Of a stretch of DNA of 64,000 bases, positions 27,046 to 37,126 are shown in pieces. The notes under the pieces were generated by a model. It had not been told where the DNA came from, made no database searches, and was given only the letters and a program-made list of their open reading frames with translations. The position numbers and the translations under genes were made by a program. Source of the DNA: an uncultured virus (IMG/VR IMGVR_UViG_3300042197_003121) (lineage: Duplodnaviria > Heunggongvirae > Uroviricota > Caudoviricetes); IMG/VR virus record IMGVR_UViG_3300042197_003121. One strand, given 5' to 3'. Position 1 is the first letter of the stretch, and each line of letters starts with the position of its first letter.

Positions 27046-27627
27046 ATGAGTCAGTTAAGCCCCCAACAAATTGCTTCATTGCTTCAGCAACAAGGTGTTG
27101 CTAAAGAAAAAATTCCTACGATGACTGCCATTGCTTTGGCAGAATCTAGCGGACGCCCCCAGGCTTTTAATCCACAAGGTTTAGACAAATCTTATGGATT
27201 ATTTCAGGTAAACATGTACGGGGGCTTAGGTCCTGCCCGCATGAAACAGTTTGGATTAAAAAATGAAAAAGAGTTATTTGATCCAACAACAAATGTTAAA
27301 GCAGCAAAACAGATTTTAGGTAGCCAAGGATTAGGTGCTTGGTCTGTTTATAAAAGTGGTAAATATAAAGAGTTTTTGCCGCAGGCTCAACAAGCTGCTC
27401 AAGGGTTGGGTCAGCCGTCTCCCGAACAGAAACCACAACAAATCTCTGCCGCACCACAAGGAAACACGTACATTATTTACGGTGACGGGGAAACCGAAGA
27501 TTCAGCATTAAATTTTTTACGTGGTTACAAAGATAAAGTTCAACCACAGTTCCAAGGAATTGATCCCGTGGCGCTGTTAACGAAAGCTTTTTCTCAAACA
27601 CCGAATTATTTAGGTGATCAAGCATAA
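27046..27627 (+). CDS. Lytic transglycosylase (SLT-like) virion protein
   Basis: AIALAESSG, SYGLFQVN, LFDP..N..AA, GLGAWSVY. Confidence 0.85.
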   Translation: MSQLSPQQIASLLQQQGVAKEKIPTMTAIALAESSGRPQAFNPQGLDKSYGLFQVNMYGGLGPARMKQFGLKNEKELFDPTTNVKAAKQILGSQGLGAWSVYKSGKYKEFLPQAQQAAQGLGQPSPEQKPQQISAAPQGNTYIIYGDGETEDSALNFLRGYKDKVQPQFQGIDPVALLTKAFSQTPNYLGDQA

Positions 27628-28293
27628 ATGGCAGCCACAACAACAACTAGCGTCGGTCAAGTAATCTCTCCGTCGGAAGATATTTATCCGACTACTGGAG
27701 CACACCTTGATGTACGAGTCTTAAAAGACGGAAAATACATCGATCCTGGTACGATCCGTTCTTTGCTAACTCGCTTAAAAGTTGGTAAAGAACAAAAACC
27801 ACTGTGGCAACAAGTTGGACAAGAGTGGAAACCCAGCTACACTATTACATCTGGGTATGGAAAACGGGATGCTCCTACAAAGGGCGCGTCCACATTTCAT
27901 CTTGGGCAGGATTATGGGATAGGAGCTGGAACACCGCTTTCATGGGAAGGACCGGGGGAGTACATTCCAGGTCGTGGTTATAGCACGATTAAAACAGTCG
28001 ATGCTCAAGGTCAACCTTACGAAGTTCGGTTACTTCATACAAAACCAGGAAAAGCGGCAAATATTTTAGGCGCAGCGCCATCACCTCCACAACTTCCACC
28101 TACACAACAAGCAGGAGGAAATACGTATATTTATGTTGGTGGTCGCTCCAAGAAAGAAGATTCTCCAGAAGATTTTCTTTCTTCTTACATCAAGGATTCG
28201 CTTTTTCAAGGTACACCAGAGATTAAATCTACATTTAATCCAACTGCTATGTTGCAATCTGTGTTTGCACAAACCCCTAATTATATGTCCTAA
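27628..28293 (+). CDS. M23-like peptidase, circularly permuted
   Basis: TGAHLDVR...IDP precedes ITSGYG.R...FHLGQDY. Confidence 0.6.
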   Translation: MAATTTTSVGQVISPSEDIYPTTGAHLDVRVLKDGKYIDPGTIRSLLTRLKVGKEQKPLWQQVGQEWKPSYTITSGYGKRDAPTKGASTFHLGQDYGIGAGTPLSWEGPGEYIPGRGYSTIKTVDAQGQPYEVRLLHTKPGKAANILGAAPSPPQLPPTQQAGGNTYIYVGGRSKKEDSPEDFLSSYIKDSLFQGTPEIKSTFNPTAMLQSVFAQTPNYMS

Positions 28294-28592
28294 TGAGGTT
28301 TGCTGCTGTCCCTGGTTATTATCCTTCCTTTCCCGTTACATATGGAAATCTGTATGGCGACGGAAGCATGACAACTGCAGGTTTTTCGGATCCGTTTAAT
28401 ATGCAACGGGCCGAGAAACATCAAACTTGTCCGCACGTAGTGGCTTACAATGGTATTGAAGAGCCTCGTTTTCAGCTCAACAATCCAGCGTATTACCGCG
28501 AAGTTATTCGCTCCCACGCGGACCCTGTCCCACCTGTGGAGTTGAGCCGCAATCCCGTACAGAGCGATTTTTATGGCGTATACAAAACCTGA
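28293..28592 (+). CDS. Hypothetical protein
   Basis: Coupled start. Confidence 0.6.
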   Translation: MRFAAVPGYYPSFPVTYGNLYGDGSMTTAGFSDPFNMQRAEKHQTCPHVVAYNGIEEPRFQLNNPAYYREVIRSHADPVPPVELSRNPVQSDFYGVYKT

Positions 28593-28806
28593 GCTGCGTG
28601 AGCGATTAAAAAATCGAATAAAAGCTGGCTCTAAAGGTGGAAAACCAGGCGAATGGTCAGCGAGAAAGGCCCAGCTTCTTGCGCGTGCTTATAAAGAAAA
28701 AGGCGGAGGATACAAAGGTGGTAAAACTGAGGGACAAAAATCTCTTAAGCGTTGGGGTGAACAAAAATGGATGACCAAAGAAGAATACGAAGGTAAAAAC
28801 AAATGA
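28573..28806 (+). CDS. Basic protein (DUF5872-like)
   Basis: GGKPGEWSARKAQLLA..YK..GGGY. Confidence 0.75.
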   Translation: MAYTKPELRERLKNRIKAGSKGGKPGEWSARKAQLLARAYKEKGGGYKGGKTEGQKSLKRWGEQKWMTKEEYEGKNK

Positions 28807-29222
28807 ATCCGAAGCTTAACATTCTTTTAAATAAAACTGTATCCGAGGTTGGTGGGGCGTGCCCCCGTGCAACGACAGATATAGAAGAAAACATTAAAAA
28901 TCGTAATTGGACAATTAAAAATTTTGCTTACGGGCCATTAAATCCAGATGTACCTGATCCAGGGTTTTGGCAGAAAAAAGCTGAGATGTGGAACAGTGAT
29001 GTGGATACTGTAATGACAGCTCGTTGCTGTAACTGTGCAGCATTTGATCAATCTTCTAAGCTTATTGATTGCATTATTGAAGGAATCAACGAAAAGGAAG
29101 CTGCAGATCCTTGGGAAGTCCAATGCCGTGCAAATTTAGGCTATTGCCAGCTGTTTAAGTTTAAATGTGCAGGTGAGCGTACTTGTGACGCCTGGTTGCA
29201 CGGTGGAGCAATTCAAGACTAA
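28803..29222 (+). CDS. Cys-rich conserved phage protein
   Basis: YGPLNP, RCCNCAAF, LGYC..FKFKCA..RTC.AW. Confidence 0.75.
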   Translation: MNPKLNILLNKTVSEVGGACPRATTDIEENIKNRNWTIKNFAYGPLNPDVPDPGFWQKKAEMWNSDVDTVMTARCCNCAAFDQSSKLIDCIIEGINEKEAADPWEVQCRANLGYCQLFKFKCAGERTCDAWLHGGAIQD

Positions 29223-29434
29223 TGGCAGCAGATAAAGCCATTGAACCGGGAAAAAAGAGTACCGAAAGGTACTTACCAGAATCTGCCTGGGCTAAGCTTT
29301 CGCCTGAAGAACGAAAAGAAACAGACGAAAAGAAAAAGCGTGAATCAAGAGAGGGGAAACAATTTGTTGCAAATACGGATCGGGCCCGAAAAGCTCGGCG
29401 GGCCGTAGAATTGGCAAGCAGGAGAAAGAAATAA
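29222..29434 (+). CDS. Basic protein (resembles the second half of DUF5872 proteins)
   Basis: ERYLPESAWAKLS...GKQFV. Confidence 0.65.
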   Translation: MAADKAIEPGKKSTERYLPESAWAKLSPEERKETDEKKKRESREGKQFVANTDRARKARRAVELASRRKK

Positions 29435-29435
29435 A

Positions 29436-29720
29436 ATGGTTCAACCTAAAAGTAGACTCGGCTACATGTATGGGTTAGGGGTAGAAAAAGACCCTTATGA
29501 AAGGACGCTTCCCACTAATGCAGAAAAATTTCAATCAGTTGTTTCAGAAGAAGGAGCCTACTACGCTTACGGTCGATTACCTGGGCGTAATTATCCTGAC
29601 AAGCGTAAAGCAGGGGATGCGTTAAACTTAGATTTAAGGCGATCTTTGGGAACCCCTAAATACGTTCCTTTACCCTCCGTTGGCAGAGCCGAACTTAGGA
29701 CCCCTGAACTTCCTGAATAA
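29436..29720 (+). CDS. Hypothetical protein
   Basis: Packed in operon. Confidence 0.6.
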   Translation: MVQPKSRLGYMYGLGVEKDPYERTLPTNAEKFQSVVSEEGAYYAYGRLPGRNYPDKRKAGDALNLDLRRSLGTPKYVPLPSVGRAELRTPELPE

Positions 29721-29722
29721 CC

Positions 29723-29956
29723 ATGGGTGCATCAAAATACGATTCTGTATTCAACGCAGAAAAGCTTCGGATGATGGGAGATCAGTTGTCAAACATGTCG
29801 CCAAACTCTCAAAGTGATGCGGAACTAAGCACGTACGCTTCGTATTCCCCGGAATCTCCTTCAAAAGCGGCGCGTGATGCAAGATCTCGTTATTTTTCGC
29901 AGGGTATTTCTGCCCCTGTTTCTTTCTCATTAGCAAAAGACGAATTTGAGCAATGA
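29723..29956 (+). CDS. Hypothetical protein
   Basis: Packed in operon. Confidence 0.55.
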   Translation: MGASKYDSVFNAEKLRMMGDQLSNMSPNSQSDAELSTYASYSPESPSKAARDARSRYFSQGISAPVSFSLAKDEFEQ

Positions 29957-30159
29957 CTAGCAAAAAATCAATGCCTCCGCAGCTGCTGGAGCACTTTAAG
30001 AAAAAACAAGAAGCTCAGGAAGGCAAAGAAGACAAACGCAAGACGGGAGACAAAGATCGTCGCAAAGACGCGGTTAAGAAAGCTCGTATTAGAATGGAAG
30101 AACGAAGCAAGCAGAAACGCGATGACCAAAAAGAAAAAGCTGGTAAAGGACGCTCTTAA
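29953..30159 (+). CDS. Small highly basic protein
   Basis: MPPQLLEHFKKK, Lys/Arg-rich. Confidence 0.65.
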   Translation: MTSKKSMPPQLLEHFKKKQEAQEGKEDKRKTGDKDRRKDAVKKARIRMEERSKQKRDDQKEKAGKGRS

Positions 30160-30283
30160 GCACCCAGAACTTTACGCCGCAGCCGATCTTAAATTTTTTG
30201 AGCGGTGGTTAGCGCATAAGAAAGAACAAAAAGCTAAAAAAAACAACTGCGCTACAATAGCTAAATAGAGTTGAAGTAGAACC

Positions 30284-31072
30284 TTGTCCTCGTCAAGCTC
30301 AAATAAAATGCCAGCTATGGTAGACCGTCCGGCAACGACGGCTACCCTGGTGACTGTTACATCTGGTCAAGTATTCTCAACCAGCTTGATACCAACAGCT
30401 GTTGGTAATGCAACAAAAGTTTTCGATGTCGATTCCACGTTAACGGATACATCGATTAGCGGCGCTTATATTGATGAAATTTGGCTTCAATATAGTAAAA
30501 AAACCAATCAAGTTATTGATGCTGTTTCGCCGACACCTGGAACGTATTCGGCTAACGGCACAAGTGTTGTTGTTACTATCTCTGGGGGCCATAATGCACA
30601 GATTGGGCAAAAAGTTGCACTAGATTTTACATCTTATAGCTCTGGTACAACTCCGATTGACCAAGCAGTAACAATAACTGCTGTAACTTCAACTACGTTT
30701 ACAGGAACAATTCCTTCCGTTGCTGGACCAATTACAGGTAACGTAGATTGTTATTTACCGATTGACTTTTGTTTTTACTTGGTAAACACTGGAACAGTCA
30801 CTAATATCAACCAATTTTTTCCACTCTTTGTAGCAAGTATTCCAGCTACTTATGAAAATCAAAATTACAGCCTCACTCTTGCTGCTAATATTCCGTTAAT
30901 TAACCATCCTGTGGTACAAGGAGGAGCTGATACTAGTTTTACGACTGGCCTTGTAGCGCCAAAAAATCGTGGCCTTATGTTACAAAGAGGTCAAGCCCTG
31001 TATGCAGCCGCAAGTGGCAGCACAGCGTTAACCAACGGGTTTTATGTGGCTGTACAGGGTGGATATTATTGA
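30284..31072 (+). CDS. Virion structural protein
   Basis: Thr/Ser-rich beta protein sharing a GTYS..GT.V.VT...H domain with 31234..33534. Confidence 0.65.
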   Translation: MSSSSSNKMPAMVDRPATTATLVTVTSGQVFSTSLIPTAVGNATKVFDVDSTLTDTSISGAYIDEIWLQYSKKTNQVIDAVSPTPGTYSANGTSVVVTISGGHNAQIGQKVALDFTSYSSGTTPIDQAVTITAVTSTTFTGTIPSVAGPITGNVDCYLPIDFCFYLVNTGTVTNINQFFPLFVASIPATYENQNYSLTLAANIPLINHPVVQGGADTSFTTGLVAPKNRGLMLQRGQALYAAASGSTALTNGFYVAVQGGYY

Positions 31073-31233
31073 TACATGGATACTGAAACAAAAAAAGAAT
31101 TAAGCCAAGGAATACAAAACTGGCGCCTCGCCGTTGATCTAGCCAACACCTGGCGCAAAATGCTAAAAGTACCTACTGTTAATTACCCATATCCAGGGGA
31201 TCCTAGTACAGGACTGCGTATACGACCTTAATC

Positions 31234-33534
31234 ATGTCTTTTGGAGTTGGTAAATTTAATTTACCATCGAAAAATAGCTTCGGCAAAGATTTATCTAAAG
31301 GGTTTACCGGGGATACAAATTTTAATAAAGTTCCAGATTGGGAGTTAGACACGAATGCGTTTAAATTTACTCCTAAAGACAACAGTTTAAAAAGTCGAAT
31401 CAGGTTTTACGACCATGACTCTTCTTGGATTCGTTGGCGACGTGGATATGAACTTTACACAATTACTCAGAACACTTTAGGATCTTTTGCAAACGAAAGA
31501 TTTTATAGAGGGGATTATCGGCTTTACTGCGCAGTTCAACAATTTCCAGGAGTATTTGCTTCTGCGCGTTTATTTACATTCCCGTCTGCCAATCAAGAAA
31601 TAGGTACACAATTAGTTGCAATGCGTGATACAAATGCATTTAACTTTTATAACTATGGAATACCCATTCTCAGTGTTCGTTATTTAGGATCCCCTTCTTC
31701 CGGCACGTACTCTCAGTCGGGTACGACGATTACGGTAACCAAACAAGACCATGGATTTCTTATAAATGAGAGTGTTTCTTTAGTTTTTTCAACCGGTGCT
31801 GGTGTTGATGAAACTCTGGTTATTACTAGTGTCACGAATAATACATTTACGCTTACAGCCACCAGCCCGATGACAACAAATGGAAACGTAACATTTTATT
31901 TGTCTACCACTTTTGATGATTCTCGTTGGATTACAATACGAACAAAATTGCAAAATTTACCAACATCCGCATCCTTTTTGGTTGGTGAGCGTCTTGTAGA
32001 TCGAATTATTGAACAAGATCCAGGAGTTGTTGGTACTTACACAAGAATTGGTGTGACAGTTTCAGTCACCTGCTCTACAGCACACGGCCTTTCAACTGGA
32101 AATGCTGTTAATTTGACAATCAGCAGCGGTGGTATTGCGCCAGGGCGTTACATTATTAACGTTACTAACTCCACTCAATTTACAGTCATCACGGTAGCCA
32201 GTGGTGCTGCTACCGGTAGCTTGGTGGTGAGTAGGTTGATTCCTGGGTATAGATATGACGACTACGTTGGTTACACAATGATTGATATTGACACAGCAAC
32301 TAATGAATTAATTTTTCAACGAAAAGACAGTTATGGTGGTTCTACATTTAACGATAAGTTGATTACAACTGTACCAGCTCATAGGGGATTTTTAAGTAAT
32401 CGGTTTTTAACTACCGAATTACGGTGGCAGTGTTCTTGTCAAGATTTTACGCGGCGTTCTGGATATGATTTTTATAGTCAAGCAACGAACAAAAGATTCC
32501 CGGTTACAGCTATTACTTCTACAAAGCCTGGACAGGTATTAGAAAAAGATAATAGCCTTAGTAATGAGAGAGATTTGCCCGGCAACTTTAGTGATTTAGG
32601 GTATACAGCGGTTAACAACTTTTATCAATTGCCTAATTATGAAGACACCTCTTCCACGTCGTATACTAATCTTGAGTATTATCAACTCCGTTGGTGCAAG
32701 CATATTTATGCTGCATTGTTTGCATTGGTTCATGATGAAGGTAATGAGCCTTTGGCACTGCTTGCGAAGTATTCTCAGTCCGGACCAAACATTACAGTAG
32801 ATTTTCCTAATCACAATCTAACTATAAATACAAAAATTGAACTTACTTTTACCAGTGGCAACGCTATTTCTGGTCAATATACAGTTACAAGTGTCCCAAA
32901 TCCAGATAGCTTTGTGGTTGTTTATCCTTTTAGTGAAACAACCAGTGGTTATTGCACAGTCAGTAATTTAAAAGAACATTCCTACGTTAACGAATGGTTA
33001 TTAGAGCCAAACGATCGTCCGGTGGGGGATGATCTTGATACTTTTTATCGCAATTTTGATAAAGAAATCAAAAAGATTCAGTTAGCCGCAGAACGATTAG
33101 TCTTGATCAGACAGGGTTCAAAGTGGGTTGGTAGCGGGCAAGTTGTTGGATCTTTTAACTTGCCAGAAGAGGTAGCAAACTACAATCCAGAATTGATTAC
33201 AATGTTGATCACGGATTCGATTCGCAGAGGAATTGATGGTAGCTTGGATCGAGATGGGATTCTGGTAAACAACACAAACAGACTAATCTCTGTTATCAGT
33301 AAGTTATTTAATCTCGAACCAACTCAAATATCAGATACAAAAATTGGTCTTCTTGATCAACCGTTATTTAACTACAGCCAGGGGTTTAATTTTATTTTAA
33401 TCGATGGGGGTACCTACGCAAACGGAGAACCAGTTGAATCAAGCCAAACATTGACTACAATTGATTGTGAAACTTATAGTCCCAGAACAGCCCAGGATAC
33501 GGAAGTAGATTGTGGCTTTTACATCAACATTTAA
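31234..33534 (+). CDS. Large virion protein with repeated beta domains and split SWIM-type Zn finger
   Basis: Three YSQSG..ITV...H(G/N)-type domains; WQCSCQDF...WCKHIYA. Confidence 0.7.
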   Translation: MSFGVGKFNLPSKNSFGKDLSKGFTGDTNFNKVPDWELDTNAFKFTPKDNSLKSRIRFYDHDSSWIRWRRGYELYTITQNTLGSFANERFYRGDYRLYCAVQQFPGVFASARLFTFPSANQEIGTQLVAMRDTNAFNFYNYGIPILSVRYLGSPSSGTYSQSGTTITVTKQDHGFLINESVSLVFSTGAGVDETLVITSVTNNTFTLTATSPMTTNGNVTFYLSTTFDDSRWITIRTKLQNLPTSASFLVGERLVDRIIEQDPGVVGTYTRIGVTVSVTCSTAHGLSTGNAVNLTISSGGIAPGRYIINVTNSTQFTVITVASGAATGSLVVSRLIPGYRYDDYVGYTMIDIDTATNELIFQRKDSYGGSTFNDKLITTVPAHRGFLSNRFLTTELRWQCSCQDFTRRSGYDFYSQATNKRFPVTAITSTKPGQVLEKDNSLSNERDLPGNFSDLGYTAVNNFYQLPNYEDTSSTSYTNLEYYQLRWCKHIYAALFALVHDEGNEPLALLAKYSQSGPNITVDFPNHNLTINTKIELTFTSGNAISGQYTVTSVPNPDSFVVVYPFSETTSGYCTVSNLKEHSYVNEWLLEPNDRPVGDDLDTFYRNFDKEIKKIQLAAERLVLIRQGSKWVGSGQVVGSFNLPEEVANYNPELITMLITDSIRRGIDGSLDRDGILVNNTNRLISVISKLFNLEPTQISDTKIGLLDQPLFNYSQGFNFILIDGGTYANGEPVESSQTLTTIDCETYSPRTAQDTEVDCGFYINI

Positions 33535-33537
33535 ATC

Positions 33538-33963
33538 ATGGCAGGACAGGTATTATCTAGGCGATCCAGTATTCTGCACGATCGCCCTTTTCCTATTCGA
33601 TTGGGAATTGCAGAACTTACCTTAAACAACAATCCTGGCGACCCCGGTCTTTATTTCGCTGACAACACAGCCAGTCCATCTACAGGGCTTATAAAGGTTG
33701 GTCCCACGTTCATTGGTTCTACGCCTCCTAACACCCCCGCTGTTGGACACATCTCCTTAAGCAGGGGAGAGACTTGGCTTGATACATCCAGTACATATAT
33801 CCATAAGATCTTTGATGGCAGCTCATGGCAAACTCCTAATGCTGTGGCATCAATTGGTAACGGTAAACCCGTAAATCCGACAAATGGACAGTTGCACTAT
33901 GATGAACTTATTCCAGGGCTTTTTATTTACAAATCAGCCACTACAAGCTGGATTGCGATTTAA
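33538..33963 (+). CDS. Virion/tail protein
   Basis: GETWLDTS, P.NP.NGQL.YD fibre-associated motifs. Confidence 0.65.
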   Translation: MAGQVLSRRSSILHDRPFPIRLGIAELTLNNNPGDPGLYFADNTASPSTGLIKVGPTFIGSTPPNTPAVGHISLSRGETWLDTSSTYIHKIFDGSSWQTPNAVASIGNGKPVNPTNGQLHYDELIPGLFIYKSATTSWIAI

Positions 33964-34214
33964 CTACGGCTATTTGTATTTAAGATGTGGTCTAAAATCC
34001 GATCAAGTTTGTTATGAACTGCTTGAATTTCACGAAGAAAGTCTTCTTTTAAAACGTAATCGTGTATGACACGGTCTTGAAAATTGTCTAGGTCTTGCTC
34101 AAGTGCTTCAAACCTGCGTTCAATTTTTTTATTAAAATTAGATAGTGCCTTGGTAAGGCCAGCAAATGCACCTGCTGCACCCGAAAGGATGGCTAAAATT
34201 AATTCGGGTGTCAT
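33960..34214 (-). CDS. Membrane-anchored coiled-coil protein
   Basis: Hydrophobic N-terminus; YVLKEDF...KLDRILD. Confidence 0.7.
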   Translation of the reverse strand: MTPELILAILSGAAGAFAGLTKALSNFNKKIERRFEALEQDLDNFQDRVIHDYVLKEDFLREIQAVHNKLDRILDHILNTNSRS

Positions 34215-34281
34215 CCCACCAGTCTTTTTTACTAGTCTAATGGGTTTAACGATTTAGAATACAATTAAGATAAGAACGAAA

Positions 34282-34809
34282 ATGAGTACCGGTTACGAAC
34301 CAAATATTGAAGGTGCTATTGCAGTTCTTGTTGATTTGATGCAAGGAAATGGATTCACAATGGCACGAGAACCGTATGCCCCTAATTATCGTGGATTAGT
34401 AGATGCCCTGATTGATTTAAAAGACGGGTTTCCTACTTTTGTTCCATTTCGTATTGGATTTGACGCAGAAGTTTTTGAAAATGTCTCTCAGGGGGAAGCT
34501 TTATACCTAAGGGCGACCGATGGTCTTGCTGGTAGAGCCATTGCGAGCGGTACATTAGATCAGGCTTACGTCGTAGGATTTGCTGACACAACGAAAAGCA
34601 CTGGCCAAATTGTAAAAATTTTAGTTACAGGCGTTGAGGCAATTTCTGGTTTAGATGCTGGCGATCATTACTTTTTATCTGCCGCGTCTGCTGGCGCCAT
34701 CACTACTACTGTTCCAAATACTCCAGGTCAGTATGTCGTTAGAGTTGGGGAAGCTGTATCAACCAGTGAATTTTCCATCCAATTAGAACCACCCGTACTT
34801 CTTAGTTAA
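34282..34809 (+). CDS. Virion structural protein
   Basis: V.QGEALY, VVGFA, GL.AG..YFLS, VG.A cement-like motifs. Confidence 0.65.
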   Translation: MSTGYEPNIEGAIAVLVDLMQGNGFTMAREPYAPNYRGLVDALIDLKDGFPTFVPFRIGFDAEVFENVSQGEALYLRATDGLAGRAIASGTLDQAYVVGFADTTKSTGQIVKILVTGVEAISGLDAGDHYFLSAASAGAITTTVPNTPGQYVVRVGEAVSTSEFSIQLEPPVLLS

Positions 34810-34810
34810 T

Positions 34811-35974
34811 ATGGCTACGAAAAAAGCAATTGTACTGGTTGGTGGACTCTTTCAAGAGTTAAATACCCCTACAGACAAACTAGATTTTGCTGGAAACACG
34901 ACAACTGATCTTGCTGAAGGCGCAAATCTATATTACACAGACACCAGAGCACGACAGTCTATCTCTGTCACTGATTCTGGCGGTGACGGATCGTTAAGTT
35001 ACAATAATTCGAACGGCGTAATTACGTATACCGGCCCATCTGCCACAGAAGTTCGGGCACACTTTAGTGCAGGGAACAGCGGTTCTGGTTTTGGTAGTCT
35101 GTCGTACGACAACAGCACAGGTGTATTTACATTTAGTGTTGTAACTGCTTCTAATATTCGGCAACAAATCTCAGTTACAGATACTGGGGGCGATGGATCA
35201 TTATCGTACGACAATAGTACTGGAGTAATTACTTATACTGGTCCTAGTGCTGCTGATGTACGAGCTCACTTCAGTGTTGCAACTGGCTCTGGTCTTACGT
35301 ACAACAGTACTACCGGCGAGTTTGGAACTAGCGCCATTCCAAACGCTCAATTAGCAAATAGCAGCGTCACCGTTGGCAGTACTTCTATTTCATTAGGTGC
35401 CACAGCAACAACACTTGATGGCTTAACTGCGGTAACAAGTTCTGCAATTAACGTCGGTACTGTTGGGACTGCAAACTCCATCATTCTTGACAGCTCTGGC
35501 ATCACGTTTGAGGGGAGCGGTGTTGATACTTTTGAAACAACACTTTCTGTTGTAAATCCAACTGCTGATCGAGCAATTGTGTTCCCAGATGCAGCTGGTA
35601 CGGTTGCGCTACTGACCAGTCTATCCGTAGCTGCAGGTTCTGGTCTTACGTACAACAGTACTACCGGCGAGTTCGGTACAAGTAACATTCCAAATAGCCA
35701 ACTTCAAAATAGTTCAGTAACCATCGGCTCAACTGCAGTTGCACTGGGCAGTACTGTTACCACAATTGCTGGGCTTTTATCTCTTACTTCTTCTGCTCTT
35801 ATCACGGATGATAATGGGTTTCGAGTTCGAGACAATTCAGACGCAACAAAACAGTTGGCATTTGAATGCTCTGGTATCTCAACCTCAACAACTCGTACAA
35901 TGACGGTACCAGATGAAAATGGTACAATTTCCACTCAAGATTTTGCAACGGCAATTGCAATTGCATTAGGATAG
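34811..35974 (+). CDS. Tail fibre-like protein with internal repeats
   Basis: Repeats GDGSLSY.NSTGVITYTGP and NSSVT.GST...LG; exact 35-bp DNA duplication at 35288 and 35639. Confidence 0.75.
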   Translation: MATKKAIVLVGGLFQELNTPTDKLDFAGNTTTDLAEGANLYYTDTRARQSISVTDSGGDGSLSYNNSNGVITYTGPSATEVRAHFSAGNSGSGFGSLSYDNSTGVFTFSVVTASNIRQQISVTDTGGDGSLSYDNSTGVITYTGPSAADVRAHFSVATGSGLTYNSTTGEFGTSAIPNAQLANSSVTVGSTSISLGATATTLDGLTAVTSSAINVGTVGTANSIILDSSGITFEGSGVDTFETTLSVVNPTADRAIVFPDAAGTVALLTSLSVAAGSGLTYNSTTGEFGTSNIPNSQLQNSSVTIGSTAVALGSTVTTIAGLLSLTSSALITDDNGFRVRDNSDATKQLAFECSGISTSTTRTMTVPDENGTISTQDFATAIAIALG

Positions 35975-35978
35975 AATT

Positions 35979-36383
35979 ATGGCAACGCAAGTACAATTCC
36001 GGCGCGGAACTTCAGCGGAAACAGCGACTTTTACAGGTGCTGTAGGAGAAGTTACTGTTGATCTTACAAAGCATACTTGTGTTGTTCATGATGCTTTGCA
36101 AGTTGGTGGATATCCCCTTCTTCTTGAAAATGGAACAAATAGCGCATTTTCATTAGGATCTTTAAGTAGCTGTGCTTTAAAATTTGCCGGAGATCCAAAC
36201 ACAGGTATCATTAGCCCTGGCGCCGATCAAATTGCACTTGTGACAGGAGGTGTTGCTAGGCTTACAATAGATTCATCTGGATCGGTTACCATCCCTGGCA
36301 ACGTTTCCATCACTGGTGGTTTAACTGTGACAGGGGCCTTTAATTCCACTGAAAACCTTGCACTTATTGTTGCCCTAAGCTGA
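35979..36383 (+). CDS. Fibre protein with Mtd/hyaluronidase-type N-terminus
   Basis: QVQFRRGT.AE..TFTGA.GEVTVD...VVHD...GG. Confidence 0.8.
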   Translation: MATQVQFRRGTSAETATFTGAVGEVTVDLTKHTCVVHDALQVGGYPLLLENGTNSAFSLGSLSSCALKFAGDPNTGIISPGADQIALVTGGVARLTIDSSGSVTIPGNVSITGGLTVTGAFNSTENLALIVALS

Positions 36384-36384
36384 T

Positions 36385-36729
36385 ATGGCCAATACTTTTA
36401 AAATCGAAACCAAATCTAGCTTGGTTACCGATGCAGTCAGCAACACAACAACTAATGTTTTAAGTGCAGGTGCGACTGCAACAATTATTGTCTTAAGTGT
36501 TCTTGTTTCGAATAAGACCGGTACAAGTGCTAATGTTGATGTATATTTAGTCACTAATACCGGTGATGATGTTTATTTGATTCGGAATGCTCCAGTCCCT
36601 GCTGGATCTTCTCTTGAACTTATCAGCGGTAACAAGGTCATTATGGAGTCCAGTGATGTTTTACGGGCACGTAGTGATACTTCTACTGCATTAGATGTTG
36701 CCGTCAGCTACCTTGAGCAGACCCCCTAA
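36385..36729 (+). CDS. Virion structural protein
   Basis: MANTFK...VPAGSSLELISGNKVIME..D.L motif of phage tail modules. Confidence 0.75.
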   Translation: MANTFKIETKSSLVTDAVSNTTTNVLSAGATATIIVLSVLVSNKTGTSANVDVYLVTNTGDDVYLIRNAPVPAGSSLELISGNKVIMESSDVLRARSDTSTALDVAVSYLEQTP

Positions 36730-36731
36730 TT

Positions 36732-37100
36732 ATGGGCCTAACCGGCAATCAAACTGCAACTGAATTTTTGTCTGCTTTAAATTCATTTAAAGCAGAAGTT
36801 GCGCAAAAACTTGAAAAAATTAACAATAAACTTGAAATTTTGGAATGTCGAATTTTTGAAGAAGCTGTTTTAAATTTACAAGATAATGATTGGGAGTCAA
36901 TTCGTTTAAAAAGAAACTATTTGTTAAAATCGACAGACTGGGTAATGACCCCTGGATCAACAATCAACCCAGCAGCGTGGGCAGAATATCGTCAGTTCTT
37001 AAGAGACTTACCGCAAAGGTACGAGGGAATTGAACCTTCCGAGATCGTATGGCCGCTAAAACCAGCTCTTGATGGGCCAAACACAAGTCAGTTAGAATAA
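36732..37100 (+). CDS. Tail fibre assembly chaperone
   Basis: R.KRN.LL..TDW...W..YRQ.LRDLP....WP..P. Confidence 0.85.
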   Translation: MGLTGNQTATEFLSALNSFKAEVAQKLEKINNKLEILECRIFEEAVLNLQDNDWESIRLKRNYLLKSTDWVMTPGSTINPAAWAEYRQFLRDLPQRYEGIEPSEIVWPLKPALDGPNTSQLE

Positions 37101-37126
37101 TTCAATAGAGATTACAAGCTAAAACG

